Notes: generated from the sequence alone by a model not told the origin. 64,000 nt of DNA from Vulcanimicrobiota bacterium (GCA_963714015.1 OY970223.1:3360001-3424000), one strand, 5' to 3'; shown: positions 39,618 through 51,160, counted from the first letter of the stretch. Numbers and translations are program-made.

Positions 39618-40344
39618 CGCATTCCACTGGGCGGTAACGCTGCTCGTAATTCTGGCCGCGATCGTCGTCGTGGCCGTCGTGATCTTCGCTTCGATGATCT
39701 TTTGGATCGCGAGCCACGGCTTGGACATCGGCGGGCTCCAGCACCAGTTCGTCGGTATGTACGGCGTGGCCGTGCAGTCGGTCGGCGAAATTGCAGCCGT
39801 CATCTTCTTACTGATCGTTCTGCCGCCGCTCGCCAAAACGGATCTGCGCGGCCTAGGATTCCGCGCGATCGAAGGGCGCGACTGGATATACGTCGCCGGC
39901 GCAGTCGTGGCGATGTTCGTGCTGACGACCGGACTTGGTTCCCTTTTGGAAAGCGCGCTCCATGTAAAAGGGAACGAAGAAGCAATACAGTTGTTCCAAA
40001 ACCTGCACGGCATGCAGCGGGCGCTTTTCGCAATCTTCGCGGTCGTCGTCGGACCGCTGGCCGAGGAAATGTTCTACCGCGTTCTGATCTTCAACGCGAT
40101 GCGCAAGTGGTGGGGCCTTGCCACGGGCGCGATAGTAAGCGCGATTCTGTTCGGTCTCTCCCATGCTCAGCCGGGCTCCCTTGCCCTGAACGTCTCGCTC
40201 GTAATCCCGCTGGCCGTCGGCGGCCTTATCCTCTGCTCCGTCTACGCGCGCACGGGCAGCGCTTGGTCCAACATCATCACGCACGGCTGCTTCAACGGCC
40301 TGACGCTGCTCCTGCTCGTCGTGGCGCCGCAAATGGCAAAATAA
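39559..40344 (+). CDS. CPBP family intramembrane metalloprotease (start uncertain)
   Basis: EEMFYR, FGLSH, HGCFN. Confidence 0.9.
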   Translation: MENNSTSPALQRSRTDFAPNAFHWAVTLLVILAAIVVVAVVIFASMIFWIASHGLDIGGLQHQFVGMYGVAVQSVGEIAAVIFLLIVLPPLAKTDLRGLGFRAIEGRDWIYVAGAVVAMFVLTTGLGSLLESALHVKGNEEAIQLFQNLHGMQRALFAIFAVVVGPLAEEMFYRVLIFNAMRKWWGLATGAIVSAILFGLSHAQPGSLALNVSLVIPLAVGGLILCSVYARTGSAWSNIITHGCFNGLTLLLLVVAPQMAK

Positions 40345-41363
40345 TGCGCATCGCCGTCGATGCGTTCAACCTCGCGGCGGATCGCCGCGGTATGGGACGC
40401 ATCGTGCGGACGAACATCAATGCGCTGCGGCGTTTGCCGAAAGTAGAACTCACGCTGGTGGGGCGCGACGCCCGCGCCGCATCGGAATTGCGCGAGCAGT
40501 TCGGTTTGCAAACGCTGACCCCGCGCGATTTGCGCAGCGCTGCCTTTGATGCCGTGTGGTATCCGTGGAACGGCATGCGCTTCGCGCCGCACGCCCGGTC
40601 AATCGTTACGGTCAACGATCCCTTCGCCTTTACCTATCCCGCTCGCGGTTTCGTCGCGCGCTTTCGCGAACAAGCGCCGATTCGGCGCGCACTGCGCGAG
40701 GCAGATCGCATCTTCACGCTCTCGCAGTGGGGCGCCGGGGAGGTCCAGCGGCTGTTCGCAATAGAGGACGAACGGGTCGTGGTAGCTCCGCCGCCGGTCG
40801 ATCCGTTTTGGCATCCCCTGGAGGCGCCGCGCCGCGCGCCGTACTTCGTTTTCGTCGCGGGGCCCGAACCGCGCAAGAATGCTGCGTTGCTGTTCGATGC
40901 CTTCGAGGCGGAGTTTGCGGACGCAAGCGCTCCACAGCTGGTCGTGGTCGGTAACCTGCGCAGCGAGGACGAGCGGCGTTTCGAAGCGATGCGCGCTGCG
41001 CGCGAGCGCACCCGCCCGAGCGATGAAGAACTGCGCGTGCTTTATTCAGCCGCGCTCGCGGTACTCGTGCCGTCGCTCGCCGAGGGTTACGGCATGCCCG
41101 CGATTGAGGCCATGGCCTGCGGGTCGCCGGTCCTCTCTTCGAACGCGACCGCACTGCCCGAAGCATGCGGCGGCGCGGCGCTGCTGCTCTCGCCGAACGA
41201 TGCGCAGCAATGGCGCTCGGCGATGCGGCGCGTGGCCGAACACGAAAATTTGCGATTAGCGATGCGTCAGGACGGACTGATGCGCGCGGCACGGATCGAT
41301 CCGCTCGGTTGCGCCATTACACTGCTCGCGTGCGTTCGACAATTGCGCGAAGCCGCTCGATGA
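40344..41363 (+). CDS. Glycosyltransferase family 4
   Basis: EPRKN, SLAEGYGMPAIEAMACG. Confidence 0.9.
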   Translation: MRIAVDAFNLAADRRGMGRIVRTNINALRRLPKVELTLVGRDARAASELREQFGLQTLTPRDLRSAAFDAVWYPWNGMRFAPHARSIVTVNDPFAFTYPARGFVARFREQAPIRRALREADRIFTLSQWGAGEVQRLFAIEDERVVVAPPPVDPFWHPLEAPRRAPYFVFVAGPEPRKNAALLFDAFEAEFADASAPQLVVVGNLRSEDERRFEAMRAARERTRPSDEELRVLYSAALAVLVPSLAEGYGMPAIEAMACGSPVLSSNATALPEACGGAALLLSPNDAQQWRSAMRRVAEHENLRLAMRQDGLMRAARIDPLGCAITLLACVRQLREAAR

Positions 41364-42390
41364 AGCGTTCCGGCGCGAACGTTTCGGCATGCGCGCGCAG
41401 CTTCGCCGCTTCGTAGCGCGAAGGATCGAACCGCTTCAACGCCTCCGCAAGCGACTCGGCGAGAGGTTCATCGAAGAACTGCCCCGTTTCGCCTTCGACG
41501 ACGGTCTCGAGCGCGCCGCCGCCGCGAAATGCGATCGTCGGGCGCCCCGTTGCCGCAGCCTCGAGCGGAACCAAACCAAAATCTTCCTCGCCCGGAAGGA
41601 TTGCCGCCCGCGCCGTTCCCAGGAGTTCGTTGATCGCCGCATCGTCGATATAGCCGAGCATCGTCGTCGTGGAATCCTTGGCCAACGCGCGCAGCGCAGA
41701 TTCCTCGGGGCCGGTGCCCGCCACGTAAAGCCGCACCCCGGCGAGCTTTGCCGCGCGTATCGCCAGATCGATGCGCTTATACGAAAGCAGTCGCGAGGCA
41801 ATGAAAAAGTGGTCTCCGCCGCCTGGGCCTACGGTAAAGCGATCCACGTCGACCGGGCAATGCAGCACTTCGGCTTCTCGGCCGTAATATTTCTCGATTC
41901 GCCGCGCAACGTTGCATGAGTTCGCGACAAACCGCGTTGGGCGCAGCGCGGCGCGCTTGTCCCACTCGACGAGTCCGGCAACGAGCGGCTTGACGAGCGG
42001 CGTGCGCACGTATTCTTCGTATGCGAAGGCAAAGCGGCTTACCGTATTGATATAACAAACGTGCACGGCTCCCGGAGGAACGATGACGCCTTTGGCCCAT
42101 GCGGTCGTAGAGCTCACTATGGTGTCGTACGCGGACAGGTCGAAAGATTCGAATGCGCGCGGATAGAGCGGCGCCAAATAACGGAAGTACCGGTTCGCTC
42201 CGGGGATCGCCGCAAGATACGACGTTCGGACCCGCGCCGGATCGATCAAATCCGCGACCAGCTCGGCATCGAGCAGCGCGGTGTAGATCGGCGCGTTCGG
42301 ATACGCTTGCGCGATATGCGAAAACACCCGCTCCGCGCCCCCCCGCTGATTCAGATAATCATGGACGAGAGCGACTCGCGGCGCGTTTAT
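41317..42390 (-). CDS. Glycosyltransferase family 4 (apparent ATA start)
   Basis: VALVHDYLNQRGGAERV, EDFGLVPLEA. Confidence 0.9.
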   Translation of the reverse strand: MNAPRVALVHDYLNQRGGAERVFSHIAQAYPNAPIYTALLDAELVADLIDPARVRTSYLAAIPGANRYFRYLAPLYPRAFESFDLSAYDTIVSSTTAWAKGVIVPPGAVHVCYINTVSRFAFAYEEYVRTPLVKPLVAGLVEWDKRAALRPTRFVANSCNVARRIEKYYGREAEVLHCPVDVDRFTVGPGGGDHFFIASRLLSYKRIDLAIRAAKLAGVRLYVAGTGPEESALRALAKDSTTTMLGYIDDAAINELLGTARAAILPGEEDFGLVPLEAAATGRPTIAFRGGGALETVVEGETGQFFDEPLAESLAEALKRFDPSRYEAAKLRAHAETFAPERFIERLRAIVERTRAV

Positions 42391-43670
42391 GGGGAGGATG
42401 TACCAGCCTGCTGCTCGCGCGGCAGCACGAGCGCGATCGTCGGCGCGTTCAAATAGCGCGCGGCTACGCGCTGAATATCGGCCGCAGTCGTCGCCTTGAT
42501 CGCTTTGACGACGCGATCGTGGTAATCGCCGCTCGGGCTAAACGAAGCAAAGACTCCGCCGAGCCACGCGCGATCGGCCAGCGAAGTCGTATCTTCCAAA
42601 AACCTGCCGGCGGCGAAGGCTTTCATTTGATTCAGATCGCCGCTGAGTTTTGCATGGCCCAGGACGTTGACGACGGTTAGTGCAGTCGCGAACGTCCGCG
42701 TCGGATCGCCCAGACCGCCGTCTACGTAAATCACGACGTTCGCCGGGCTCGTGTCGAAATTATAAAACGCGCCGACGCCGCGCTCCGCATCGGACTGCGT
42801 GGTTAGTCCCGGAACGCCCGAGACGTCCGCCAGCGTGCGCTGCATGAACTCCGTCAGCACCAGCATCGCGCCGAAATCGGCGCTGCTCAAGTTTGGCGCC
42901 GGATACTGAGCAACAAGCCACGGCACGGGAACGTCGCGCCGCGCGATGAGTTGATGCGTGGTCTCCGAGACGCGCGGCGGATTACCGGCGGGAACGGCGG
43001 GCGATGTTCCCGGCGCCAGTCCCGAAACGAGCGCCGAATAGCGATCTGCGCCAACCGCTTGTGAGTTTCCGACGGTGCTGATAATGGCGTCGTCCCGTTT
43101 GTAATGCGCCGCATAAAACGCGCGGGCATCCGCGGGCGCGAAACTAGCGACCGTTTGAGGCAATCCGTCGGGCGGCATGCCCGCGCTGGAGTTCTGATAG
43201 AAGGACGCATTGAGCATCTCGACGCCGACGTCGAGCGCCAAACGCTGGTTTTCGTTGATGCGCCCGATCAGCGCCGTGCGCGCGTTCATCAAGGTCTTGT
43301 CCGAAAAGTCCGGTTTTGCAAGCGCGGACGCGAACATGCCGAGCACGGTGCCGTACGACCCCGTCAGGCCCTCGACGTAGAACCGCACGTCGCCCGGATC
43401 CATCGTATAACTGATCGAACCGCCGTTCGCCGCAACCGCGTCTTTGAGCGGCATGCCGTTTTCCGGTGTCTGCAAAATCGTCTCGGCGACCAGCGACGCA
43501 AGTCCGTTTTGGGCTGCGGTCTGACGGTCGAGACCCGCCTGAAGCACGACCTCGGTGCCGATGACGTCGGACGAGGGATCGACTTGTTGAACCAGGTCCG
43601 TCGCGCCCGAGGGAAGCGCCACGGCGCTCAAGGCGAATGCCGCAAGAACCATCAATGCGCGTGCTCTCAC
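42387..43670 (-). CDS. M16 peptidase-like protein, secreted, no HXXEH
   Basis: Signal peptide; GLASLVAETIL at the metal-site position; terminal ADIQRVAARYL. Confidence 0.75.
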   Translation of the reverse strand: MRARALMVLAAFALSAVALPSGATDLVQQVDPSSDVIGTEVVLQAGLDRQTAAQNGLASLVAETILQTPENGMPLKDAVAANGGSISYTMDPGDVRFYVEGLTGSYGTVLGMFASALAKPDFSDKTLMNARTALIGRINENQRLALDVGVEMLNASFYQNSSAGMPPDGLPQTVASFAPADARAFYAAHYKRDDAIISTVGNSQAVGADRYSALVSGLAPGTSPAVPAGNPPRVSETTHQLIARRDVPVPWLVAQYPAPNLSSADFGAMLVLTEFMQRTLADVSGVPGLTTQSDAERGVGAFYNFDTSPANVVIYVDGGLGDPTRTFATALTVVNVLGHAKLSGDLNQMKAFAAGRFLEDTTSLADRAWLGGVFASFSPSGDYHDRVVKAIKATTAADIQRVAARYLNAPTIALVLPREQQAGTSSP

Positions 43671-45005
43671 GAGGCCGTTCCTTCTGAATGAGCGCTCGTC
43701 AGTTCCACGACGGCGGGATGCTGCAAGTATTCACGCACGATCTGCGCGACGTAGCCGGGATCGAGCGCCTGGGCCGCCTCGACGTATTGACCCGACGCAT
43801 CGCCGGGCGCATACGGCAGATTTCCCTCGGCCGCATACCAGCCGAAGTTGTCGGCGCGCGTCTCGGGCGTCTGCACTTGACTGATGATATGGTACAGAAA
43901 CGCATTCTTGGCCGCGTCGAACGTCTTGCGATCCATCGGCGTGGCCAGCGCTTCGACTGCCGAAGTAATCTTGGAACGCATTTCCTGCGCATGCGCACCG
44001 GAGACCGTAACGAGCAGCACGCCCGGATCGTGCAGCGTGATGAATTGTCCGTTCAGAAAAGCGTCGTTCGCAGTGCTGCGGGCTTCGCGCGCCACCGTGC
44101 CGCGATCGGCGTCGAAGAGATAGTCGGCGATAAAATCCATCGCCGTCGCCGCGCGCGCATCCGCAATCGGCGGACCGGTCCACGCGAATCCCAGACCGGT
44201 GACGGGCGCCGGCTGCGAGACGTCGCTCGGGTGACCCGACGGCGTCGAATCAAACGGCCGGTCCATACCGCCGGGCGCCCCGGAAGATTGAATCGCACTG
44301 CGGTGAACGCTCGATAGCCAGCCGTCGCCGACGGATCCCGTCAGCGCGAGTACCGCATTCGGTTCGCGAAAGGCGCGGGCCGCGAACTTACGCACTGCAT
44401 CGATCGTAATCTTGGAGTAATCCTGAGCGCTCTGGGGGACCGGCGGAAAATGCGCCGGCCCGGCGGTAAAAAGATGCTCGAACAGCACGTCCTGCAGCGT
44501 GCGATCGGGGTCGAACTGGAGACTCCGCGCCCGCGATTGCGCAGTCGCGCAGCGCAGTCCGGTAGCCGTCGTCGGTAACCGAAGCGGAGAAATACGCTGC
44601 CGTCATCGCGCGCAGCACGGGCTGCAAATCCCATGACGGAACACCCGCGCCGATCATCGCGATGTCCGGATAAACGTTGATTTCCAGGGTCCCGCCGTCT
44701 TCGGTCACGAGTTCGGCAAGAGACGACCCGCGCACCGGCTTCGTCGCCGCAATGGCGGCGATCGCCAAACGCGCAATGCCGGGAGTTGCCGAGTCGTATC
44801 CCGCGCCGGGTGCGCGAAACCATAGCTCGACCGCAGCGGTGGGCGCACCGGTATCGCGGCGCAGCACGTACATTCCGCCGCCGGGCAGCGTGCCGGTTTG
44901 CTCGCCCGAGGTCGACGGCGCGGCCGCCCTTGCATGCGCCGAAAACGTCAGCAGCGATATACTCACGCATACCGCTGCAGCTGTTCGGATGAGCCGGCTT
45001 ATCAC
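43667..45005 (-). CDS. M16 peptidase-like protein, secreted, no HXXEH (frameshift at ~44519)
   Basis: Signal peptide; [17 protein letters not shown] in place of HXXEH; terminal VAQIVREYL. Confidence 0.72.
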
Positions 45006-46912
45006 GCCGGTTCCGGCGAGATATTCGGCGGGAGGCGTTTGGGCTGTTCGATCCGCTTGCCTTCCTCGACCGCCGGCGGAAGGTCGACCACCGGCGAGGG
45101 CGTGCCGCCGCCGCGATTGTACGGACGGCGCTCGAGGATCGCTTTGACCTCTTCGGATTCGACCGTTTCGAATTCGAGCAGGGAAGCGACCATTCGTTCT
45201 ACCTTGTCCCAGTTGTCGCCCAGCAGTTTGCGGCCGCGATCGTAACAGCTTTCGATGATGCGCCGGACTTCGGCGTCGATCTTGGAGGCGATCTCCTCCG
45301 AGTAGTTACGATCCTCACCGAAGTCGCGTCCCAGAAAGACTTGATGGTTGCCGCGGCCGTATTGAATCGGGCCGAGCGTGTCGGACATCCCGTACTGCGT
45401 CACCATGCGGCGCGCAAGTTCGGTCGCTTTTTCGAAATCGTTGCTCGCGCCCGTCGTAACGTCTTTGAACTTGATCTCTTCCGCCAGGCGTCCGCCGAGG
45501 GCCCGCGTGATGGTAGCGAGCAGCTCTTCCTTGGTTTGGCTGTGGCGGTCGTCTTCGGGGAGCGACCAGGTGATGCCCAGTGCCATGCCGCGCGGAATAA
45601 TCGTCACCTTGTGAATGGGATCGCCTTTATCCGAGAGGCCTCCGATAATCGCGTGCCCGGACTCGTGGTACGCCGTGACTTCCTTTTCTTTCTGCGACAT
45701 CACGATCGATTTGCGCTCGGGGCCGACCATGACGCGATCGATCGCTTCATCGCAGTCGTTCATCTCGATCACCGTCTTGTTGCGGCGCGCGGCGAGCAAG
45801 GCCGCCTCGTTCAGCAAATTCTCGAGATCGGCTCCGGAGAATCCCGGTGTGCGCTTGGCGAGCGTTTCGAGCGCGACTTCCTTGCTCAGCGGCTTGTTGC
45901 GGGCGTGTACTTCCAGAATCTTCTGGCGGCCTTTCACGTCGGCGCGGTCGACGACGATCTGACGATCGAACCGGCCCGGACGAAGCAACGCCGGATCGAG
46001 CACGTCCGGGCGATTCGTGGCCGCGATCAAAATCACGCCGGTGTTCTGATCGAAACCGTCCATCTCGACGAGCAGCTGATTGAGCGTTTGTTCCCGCTCG
46101 TCGTGACCGCCGCCCAATCCCGCGCCGCGCTGCCGGCCGACCGCGTCGATCTCGTCGATGAACACGATGCATGGCGCAGACTTCTTGGCTTGATCGAATA
46201 GATCGCGAACGCGTGAAGCGCCCACGCCTACGAACATCTCGACGAAATCCGAACCCGAAATCGAGAAGAACGGAACGCCTGCTTCGCCCGCAATCGCGCG
46301 CGCCAGCAGCGTCTTGCCGGATCCCGGCGGCCCCAGCAGCAGAACGCCTTTGGGAATGCGCGCGCCGAGCGCTTGGAATTTCTTGGGATACTTCAGAAAC
46401 TCGACGATCTCGCCGAGTTCTTCTTTCGCCTCGTCGACGCCGGCCACGTCATTGAACGTTACCTTCGGGCGGTTTTCGGAGAGCATCTTTGCGCGGGAAC
46501 GGCCAAACGACAACGCCTGGCTCCCTCCATTCTGGGCTTGCCGGAGGATAAAGAACAGGATCAGCACGAGAACGATGAACGGCGCCATGCCCAGGATCGT
46601 ATTGAACATCGTCGTGTTCGTTGGGTTTTCCCAAGAAACGCTGCCGTGAACATGAGCGCCGACGCGATCCACGAAGATCTGATCGCGATCGGGAATCTCG
46701 AGCGTATAGTGCGTTCCGTTGGTGAGGTCGCCGGTGACGTCGTCTCCCACCGCATGGAAACTCGCCACCTGATTGTGCATCAGTTTTTGCGAGAACTGGC
46801 TGTAGTCGAGTTTGGTGACGTCCGCCGTCGGGAGCACCAGGTGCTGAACGATGAAGAACACCGCCGCACACGCGATGAGGATGAGTACGATGCCCCGAAG
46901 TTGCTTGCTCAC
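45002..46912 (-). CDS. ftsH: ATP-dependent zinc metalloprotease FtsH
   Basis: [29 protein letters not shown]. Confidence 0.98.
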   Translation of the reverse strand: MSKQLRGIVLILIACAAVFFIVQHLVLPTADVTKLDYSQFSQKLMHNQVASFHAVGDDVTGDLTNGTHYTLEIPDRDQIFVDRVGAHVHGSVSWENPTNTTMFNTILGMAPFIVLVLILFFILRQAQNGGSQALSFGRSRAKMLSENRPKVTFNDVAGVDEAKEELGEIVEFLKYPKKFQALGARIPKGVLLLGPPGSGKTLLARAIAGEAGVPFFSISGSDFVEMFVGVGASRVRDLFDQAKKSAPCIVFIDEIDAVGRQRGAGLGGGHDEREQTLNQLLVEMDGFDQNTGVILIAATNRPDVLDPALLRPGRFDRQIVVDRADVKGRQKILEVHARNKPLSKEVALETLAKRTPGFSGADLENLLNEAALLAARRNKTVIEMNDCDEAIDRVMVGPERKSIVMSQKEKEVTAYHESGHAIIGGLSDKGDPIHKVTIIPRGMALGITWSLPEDDRHSQTKEELLATITRALGGRLAEEIKFKDVTTGASNDFEKATELARRMVTQYGMSDTLGPIQYGRGNHQVFLGRDFGEDRNYSEEIASKIDAEVRRIIESCYDRGRKLLGDNWDKVERMVASLLEFETVESEEVKAILERRPYNRGGGTPSPVVDLPPAVEEGKRIEQPKRLPPNISPEPA

Positions 46913-46930
46913 GTTTTGTTACTTCTTACC

Positions 46931-47500
46931 TTATTTAGAGAATACCGCCGGCCGGAGCTGTGCCAGGTACGGAAGATTACGATAGCTTTCCCCGTAATCC
47001 AAACCGTACCCTACGACGAACTCATTGGGGGCGACCAGACCTACATAGTCAATCGGTACGTCGACGCGCCGGTTGTACGGCTTATCGAAAAGCACACATG
47101 ACCGCAGGCTCGCAGGCTGCCGTCCAAGCAGTAACGACCGGAGATACTGCAGCGTGAGGCCGTTATCCACGATATCCTCAACTACTAGAACGTTCTTGCC
47201 CGCGATATTGGTCCCCGTGTCCTTCAAAACGCGGACCTCTCCGCTGGACCGGTACGAATTCCCATAACTCGAAACCACGAGGAAGTCGACTTCCACGCAG
47301 TTCGGTCCAGGCAAGCGAGAGATAGCTCGGGCAAGGTCGGCGGTTACGTACAGCGCACCTTTCAACACCCCAAGCACCAGCAAGGGTTTCCCCGCATAAT
47401 CGGCCGCAATTTCACGGGCTAGTCGCGCGATGGCCGCCGCGATCTCACTTTCCGAGAAAAGCACCCGCTCGATCGCGGGCGCATACCCCTCGCAGGTCAT
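46931..47500 (-). CDS. hpt: Hypoxanthine phosphoribosyltransferase
   Basis: VLKG, SSYG, VVEDIVDNGLTL, FVVGYGLDY, YRNLP. Confidence 0.96.
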   Translation of the reverse strand: MTCEGYAPAIERVLFSESEIAAAIARLAREIAADYAGKPLLVLGVLKGALYVTADLARAISRLPGPNCVEVDFLVVSSYGNSYRSSGEVRVLKDTGTNIAGKNVLVVEDIVDNGLTLQYLRSLLLGRQPASLRSCVLFDKPYNRRVDVPIDYVGLVAPNEFVVGYGLDYGESYRNLPYLAQLRPAVFSK

Positions 47501-48388
47501 CCTTTATTCCTGTGTACCGTTAACCGGCCGCTCTCAATCGTCAGTTCGAGCCCTCGCCCCATGGAGAAATGCCCCGACCGCCCGCGCGCGAGCGCTCGCA
47601 CCGCAGCTTCAATATGCTCGAACTCCACGCCGCGGAGCGCCTCGTGCTGCTCCAGCGTCTCGCGCACCTGTCGGCGCAGTCCGGCCTCCGGCGCCCCTTG
47701 GAGCTCCGCGGCGACGAGCCTGGCGGCCCGCGCGACGGCGCCGTCCAGTCCCGGAAAGGCCGGACGCAAGGCACCCAGTGCCTCCCGCACGGCGTTACGG
47801 CGCAGTTCGACATCGGCGTTGGTGGGGTCCACCGCAAAGGGCAGGCCGGCTGACTGGGCATAGCGGCGGACCTCGCCGCGCTCGCAGCTCAGGAGCGGCC
47901 GGACGAGATCGATCCCGGGCATGAGTGCGCGACGCTGCGGGATGCCGCTCAGGCCGGAAGGACCGGTCCCCCGGAATAGCGCGAGCAGGATGGTTTCGGT
48001 CTGATCCTCGGCCGTGTGCCCCGTGGCAACCACTCCGGCTTTGGCGTCCGCCGCCATTTTTGCCAGAAGCTTCGTAGCGCGCGTCGCGCAGCGACGCCTC
48101 GTCGCGTTTGGAGGGCTCGAGCGCCGCAATCTTCAGGGGAACGTTCAGTGCCGCGGCGACGCGAAGAGCGACGGCTTCGTCCTGCCAAGCCGACTCCCGA
48201 AGCCCGTGATTGACGTGACCGAGCGTCAAACGCAGATCCAAGCGCTTCGCGAGTGATGCGAGCACCGCGGCGAGACCGACGCTATCCGAACCGCCGCTGC
48301 AGGCGACGAGGACGTGCTCGCCGGTGGGAACCGCGTTCGCGCGCTCTACCGCCTGTTCGAGCGCGCGCTCCGGCCGAGTTCCGCGCAC
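47497..48388 (-). CDS. tilS: tRNA(Ile)-lysidine synthetase (frameshift at ~48067)
   Basis: ACSGGSDS, HVNHGLR, RDARY; then ATGHTAEDQTET, RPLL, DPTN, RRN in the +1 frame. Confidence 0.92.
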
Positions 48389-48389
48389 T

Positions 48390-48884
48390 TTATCGAGCGT
48401 GCCTCGCCAGTTCGCGCTCGACGTCGCGCTTTGCGGTGGCCTCACGTTTGTCCCAGAGCTTCTTGCCTTTCGCCAAACCGAGTTCGATCTTGACGCGTCC
48501 GCGCGTGAAGTAGAGCCGGAGCGGAACGATCGTCAATCCCTTTTCCGCGGCGCGGCTGGAAAGACGCGCGATCTGTTCGCGATGGAGCAGCAATTTGCGC
48601 GGCCGGTTGGGCTCGACGTTGGAGAAACTGCCTTGCTTATACGGCGGCACGTGCATTCCGAGCAGCCACATTTCGCCGTCGCGCATGCGCGCGTACGCTT
48701 CGTTTAGACTTATCCCGCCCTGGCGGATCGATTTAATCTCCGTACCGGTGAGCGCTACCCCCGCCTCCAGCGACTCCAGAATGTAGAACTCGTGGCGCGC
48801 GCGCCGGTTGTCTACTGCGGGCGCATTGTTCCGCTTTTCTTGGATTTTTTGCGCTTCGCGAGCTTGCTTGGACTTGGGACTCAT
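48390..48884 (-). CDS. smpB: SsrA-binding protein
   Basis: NRRARHEF, EAGVALTGTEIKS, RKLLLH, GKKLWDKR. Confidence 0.97.
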   Translation of the reverse strand: MSPKSKQAREAQKIQEKRNNAPAVDNRRARHEFYILESLEAGVALTGTEIKSIRQGGISLNEAYARMRDGEMWLLGMHVPPYKQGSFSNVEPNRPRKLLLHREQIARLSSRAAEKGLTIVPLRLYFTRGRVKIELGLAKGKKLWDKREATAKRDVERELARHAR

Positions 48885-49309
48885 TGGTTTCGGCTGTCGC
48901 GAACGTCTTCGATACGCCCTTGCGAAACGAAGCGTCCCTCGGCTTCCACCAGCACGATTCCCGCCGGATCGACGACTCGCGCTTCGAGCTCCAGCACGTT
49001 GCGGCGCGTCCAGCGCACACGCCCTTCAATCTCGAGCGGCACGCCGAGCGGTACCGGCTTACGAAAGCGGGCGTTCATGCTGGCGGTAACGCCGCGATAT
49101 CCGGCCGCACCCGCCGCGTGGGCCATTGCCTCGTCCAGCAGTGAGAGCGCTATCCCGCCGTGAGCGATGCCCTTCCAGCCCTGGAAATGGGGACGCAAGG
49201 TCGTGTTGGCACGAACGGCCTGTTCGCCCGCGCGTTCGAAATGCAAACGCAGGCCGATCTGATTTTCCGGCCCGCACGCAAAGCAAAATCCGTCGTCGAT
49301 CGGCATCAT
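48881..49309 (-). CDS. PaaI/hotdog thioesterase
   Basis: CFACGPENQIGL, HGG..LLDE. Confidence 0.88.
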   Translation of the reverse strand: MMPIDDGFCFACGPENQIGLRLHFERAGEQAVRANTTLRPHFQGWKGIAHGGIALSLLDEAMAHAAGAAGYRGVTASMNARFRKPVPLGVPLEIEGRVRWTRRNVLELEARVVDPAGIVLVEAEGRFVSQGRIEDVRDSRNQ

Positions 49310-50032
49310 CGTCCAACGTCCAAGCGCGCCGCCAAAGCGTGCGGCAACTCGGCGTCGACGATCTTCTGCTGGACTTGTCCGATCGGGTAGTCGTAGCGGA
49401 TCCACTGCATCACATTCGTCCGATCGTCGTACAAAACGAACGAAGGCTTAGGGTTGAGGTCGCGCGGCTGCCCGATGCTTCCCACGTCGATGATGTACCG
49501 CTTTGCCGGATCGATCGTCAGCTCGCCGCCGCTCTGCATATGCTGGTGCGAAATGCTTCCGTCACGCTCGAGCGCGTAATATTCGGCGATGTGCGTATGC
49601 CCCACGAACACGATCGGCGCATCCGTCCTCTCGAACGCGGCTTTGGCATGCCGTTTCGTCAGGAGATACTCGAAGTAATGCACCGGCGCCCCGTGCACCA
49701 GCAGATACTGGTGATCCCGAATTTCATAGCCTGAGTCCGTTGAGCCACTCCACGACGTCCGGTTCGATGATGGTTTGCGTCCATTCAATGGCGCGGCGCG
49801 CCGCCGCATTGAAATATTCGACGCCGAAATTGTCCACGGCGGCGACGTCATGATTTCCCAACACCGTCTGGTACGCGCGCTCGCGAATCATGCGCACGCA
49901 TTCGTTCGGATTCGGACCGTAACCGACGATATCGCCCAAACATAGCACCCGGTCGTCGGCGTGCACGAACTCCATCGCTTTTTGCAGCGACTCGAGATTG
50001 CCGTGAATGTCCGAGAGGACGGCGTATCTCAA
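49306..50032 (-). CDS. Metallophosphoesterase (frameshift at ~49732)
   Basis: SDIHGN, GDIVGYG, GNHD; then HG, GHTH, GSIGQPRD. Confidence 0.9.
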
Positions 50033-51120
50033 GCGTTCACCTCGGCAAGGACGGTTCGCAAGCGGGTCCCGAACTCTTTGCGCTCCTGGAGCGTTCCCAC
50101 GCTAATGCGCACGTAGCGATCGAGAGGCGGCGCGGCGGGTTTGCGGACGAACACGCCGTGTTCCAGCAGTTTGTTCATCACGTGCGTGGCGCGTTCGTTG
50201 CTCTGAAAGTCGATGCAGACGAAATTCGTCAGCGACCGCAAGTGTCCGAGCCCCAGGGACGCTGCGAGCGTATAGTAGTCTTCTCTTCCCTGCGCGACCT
50301 GGCGGACGACCGAGGCGTGAAACGCGCGATCTTCCAATGCTGCAAGAGCCCCGATTTGCGCGTTGCGGTTCACGCCGTAGTGCAGCCGAATCTTCTGAAA
50401 CGTCACCACGTTTCGCGGCATCGCGATCATGTAGCCGATCCGCGCTCCCGCCATTCCGTACGCTTTCGAAAACGTCCGTACGCGCAGCAGCCGCGCGTGC
50501 AGAAGCCGGTGAGAGCCTTGCGGTTTCTCAACGAAATCCGCGTAAGCTTCGTCGAGCAGCAGCAGCGACTGACGCGGCAGCGCTTCGAAGAGCCGCACGA
50601 TCTCCGAAGAGGGCAGCAGCGTACCGCTCGGGTTGTCGGGATTTGCAACGTAGACGATCGCCGGGCGGATCTCGTTCGCGCACGCAATCAGTGCGTCGAC
50701 GTCCACGATGCCCTCGTCGCGGTACGGCACAGTGACGAGCTTTCCGCCGAAGCCGGTCACGTGAAAGCCGAACGTCGGATAGGTCCCTCGAGTGGTGAGC
50801 GCAACGCCTCCTGCGGGCATGAACGCGCGCACGGCTAACCCCATCAAGTCGTCGATGCCGCTGCCGACGCACAGGTTTTCGATTCCGCATTGATGGTGCA
50901 GCGCCAGCGCCGAACGGAGATCGTAGGACTCGGGATCGCCGTACCACGACAGATGCGGAAGCTCGGCTGCCATCGCGGCGACCGCTTTCGGTGAAGGGCC
51001 GAACGCGCTCTCGTTGGCACCCAGCCGCAGGAGCGACGTATGCCCGCCCTCGCGCATCAACTGCTCGGGCCCGATGAACGGAGTGACCACCGGTATGGCC
51101 TCGATATGCGGCGCGGCCAA
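50029..51120 (-). CDS. Histidinol-phosphate aminotransferase-like (class I/II PLP)
   Basis: LGANE, NPDNPSG, DEAY, RTFSKAYGMAGARIGY. Confidence 0.9.
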   Translation of the reverse strand: MAAPHIEAIPVVTPFIGPEQLMREGGHTSLLRLGANESAFGPSPKAVAAMAAELPHLSWYGDPESYDLRSALALHHQCGIENLCVGSGIDDLMGLAVRAFMPAGGVALTTRGTYPTFGFHVTGFGGKLVTVPYRDEGIVDVDALIACANEIRPAIVYVANPDNPSGTLLPSSEIVRLFEALPRQSLLLLDEAYADFVEKPQGSHRLLHARLLRVRTFSKAYGMAGARIGYMIAMPRNVVTFQKIRLHYGVNRNAQIGALAALEDRAFHASVVRQVAQGREDYYTLAASLGLGHLRSLTNFVCIDFQSNERATHVMNKLLEHGVFVRKPAAPPLDRYVRISVGTLQERKEFGTRLRTVLAEVNA

Positions 51121-51160
51121 GAACTCCGGCTCTGCGGCCGAAGCGACTCTTTCGTTCAGA

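Noticed and set aside
47497..48388. tilS inactivation linked to ATA usage
   Set aside because: One of seven similar +1 indels, so an assembly error is more likely; TilS acts in elongation, not initiation
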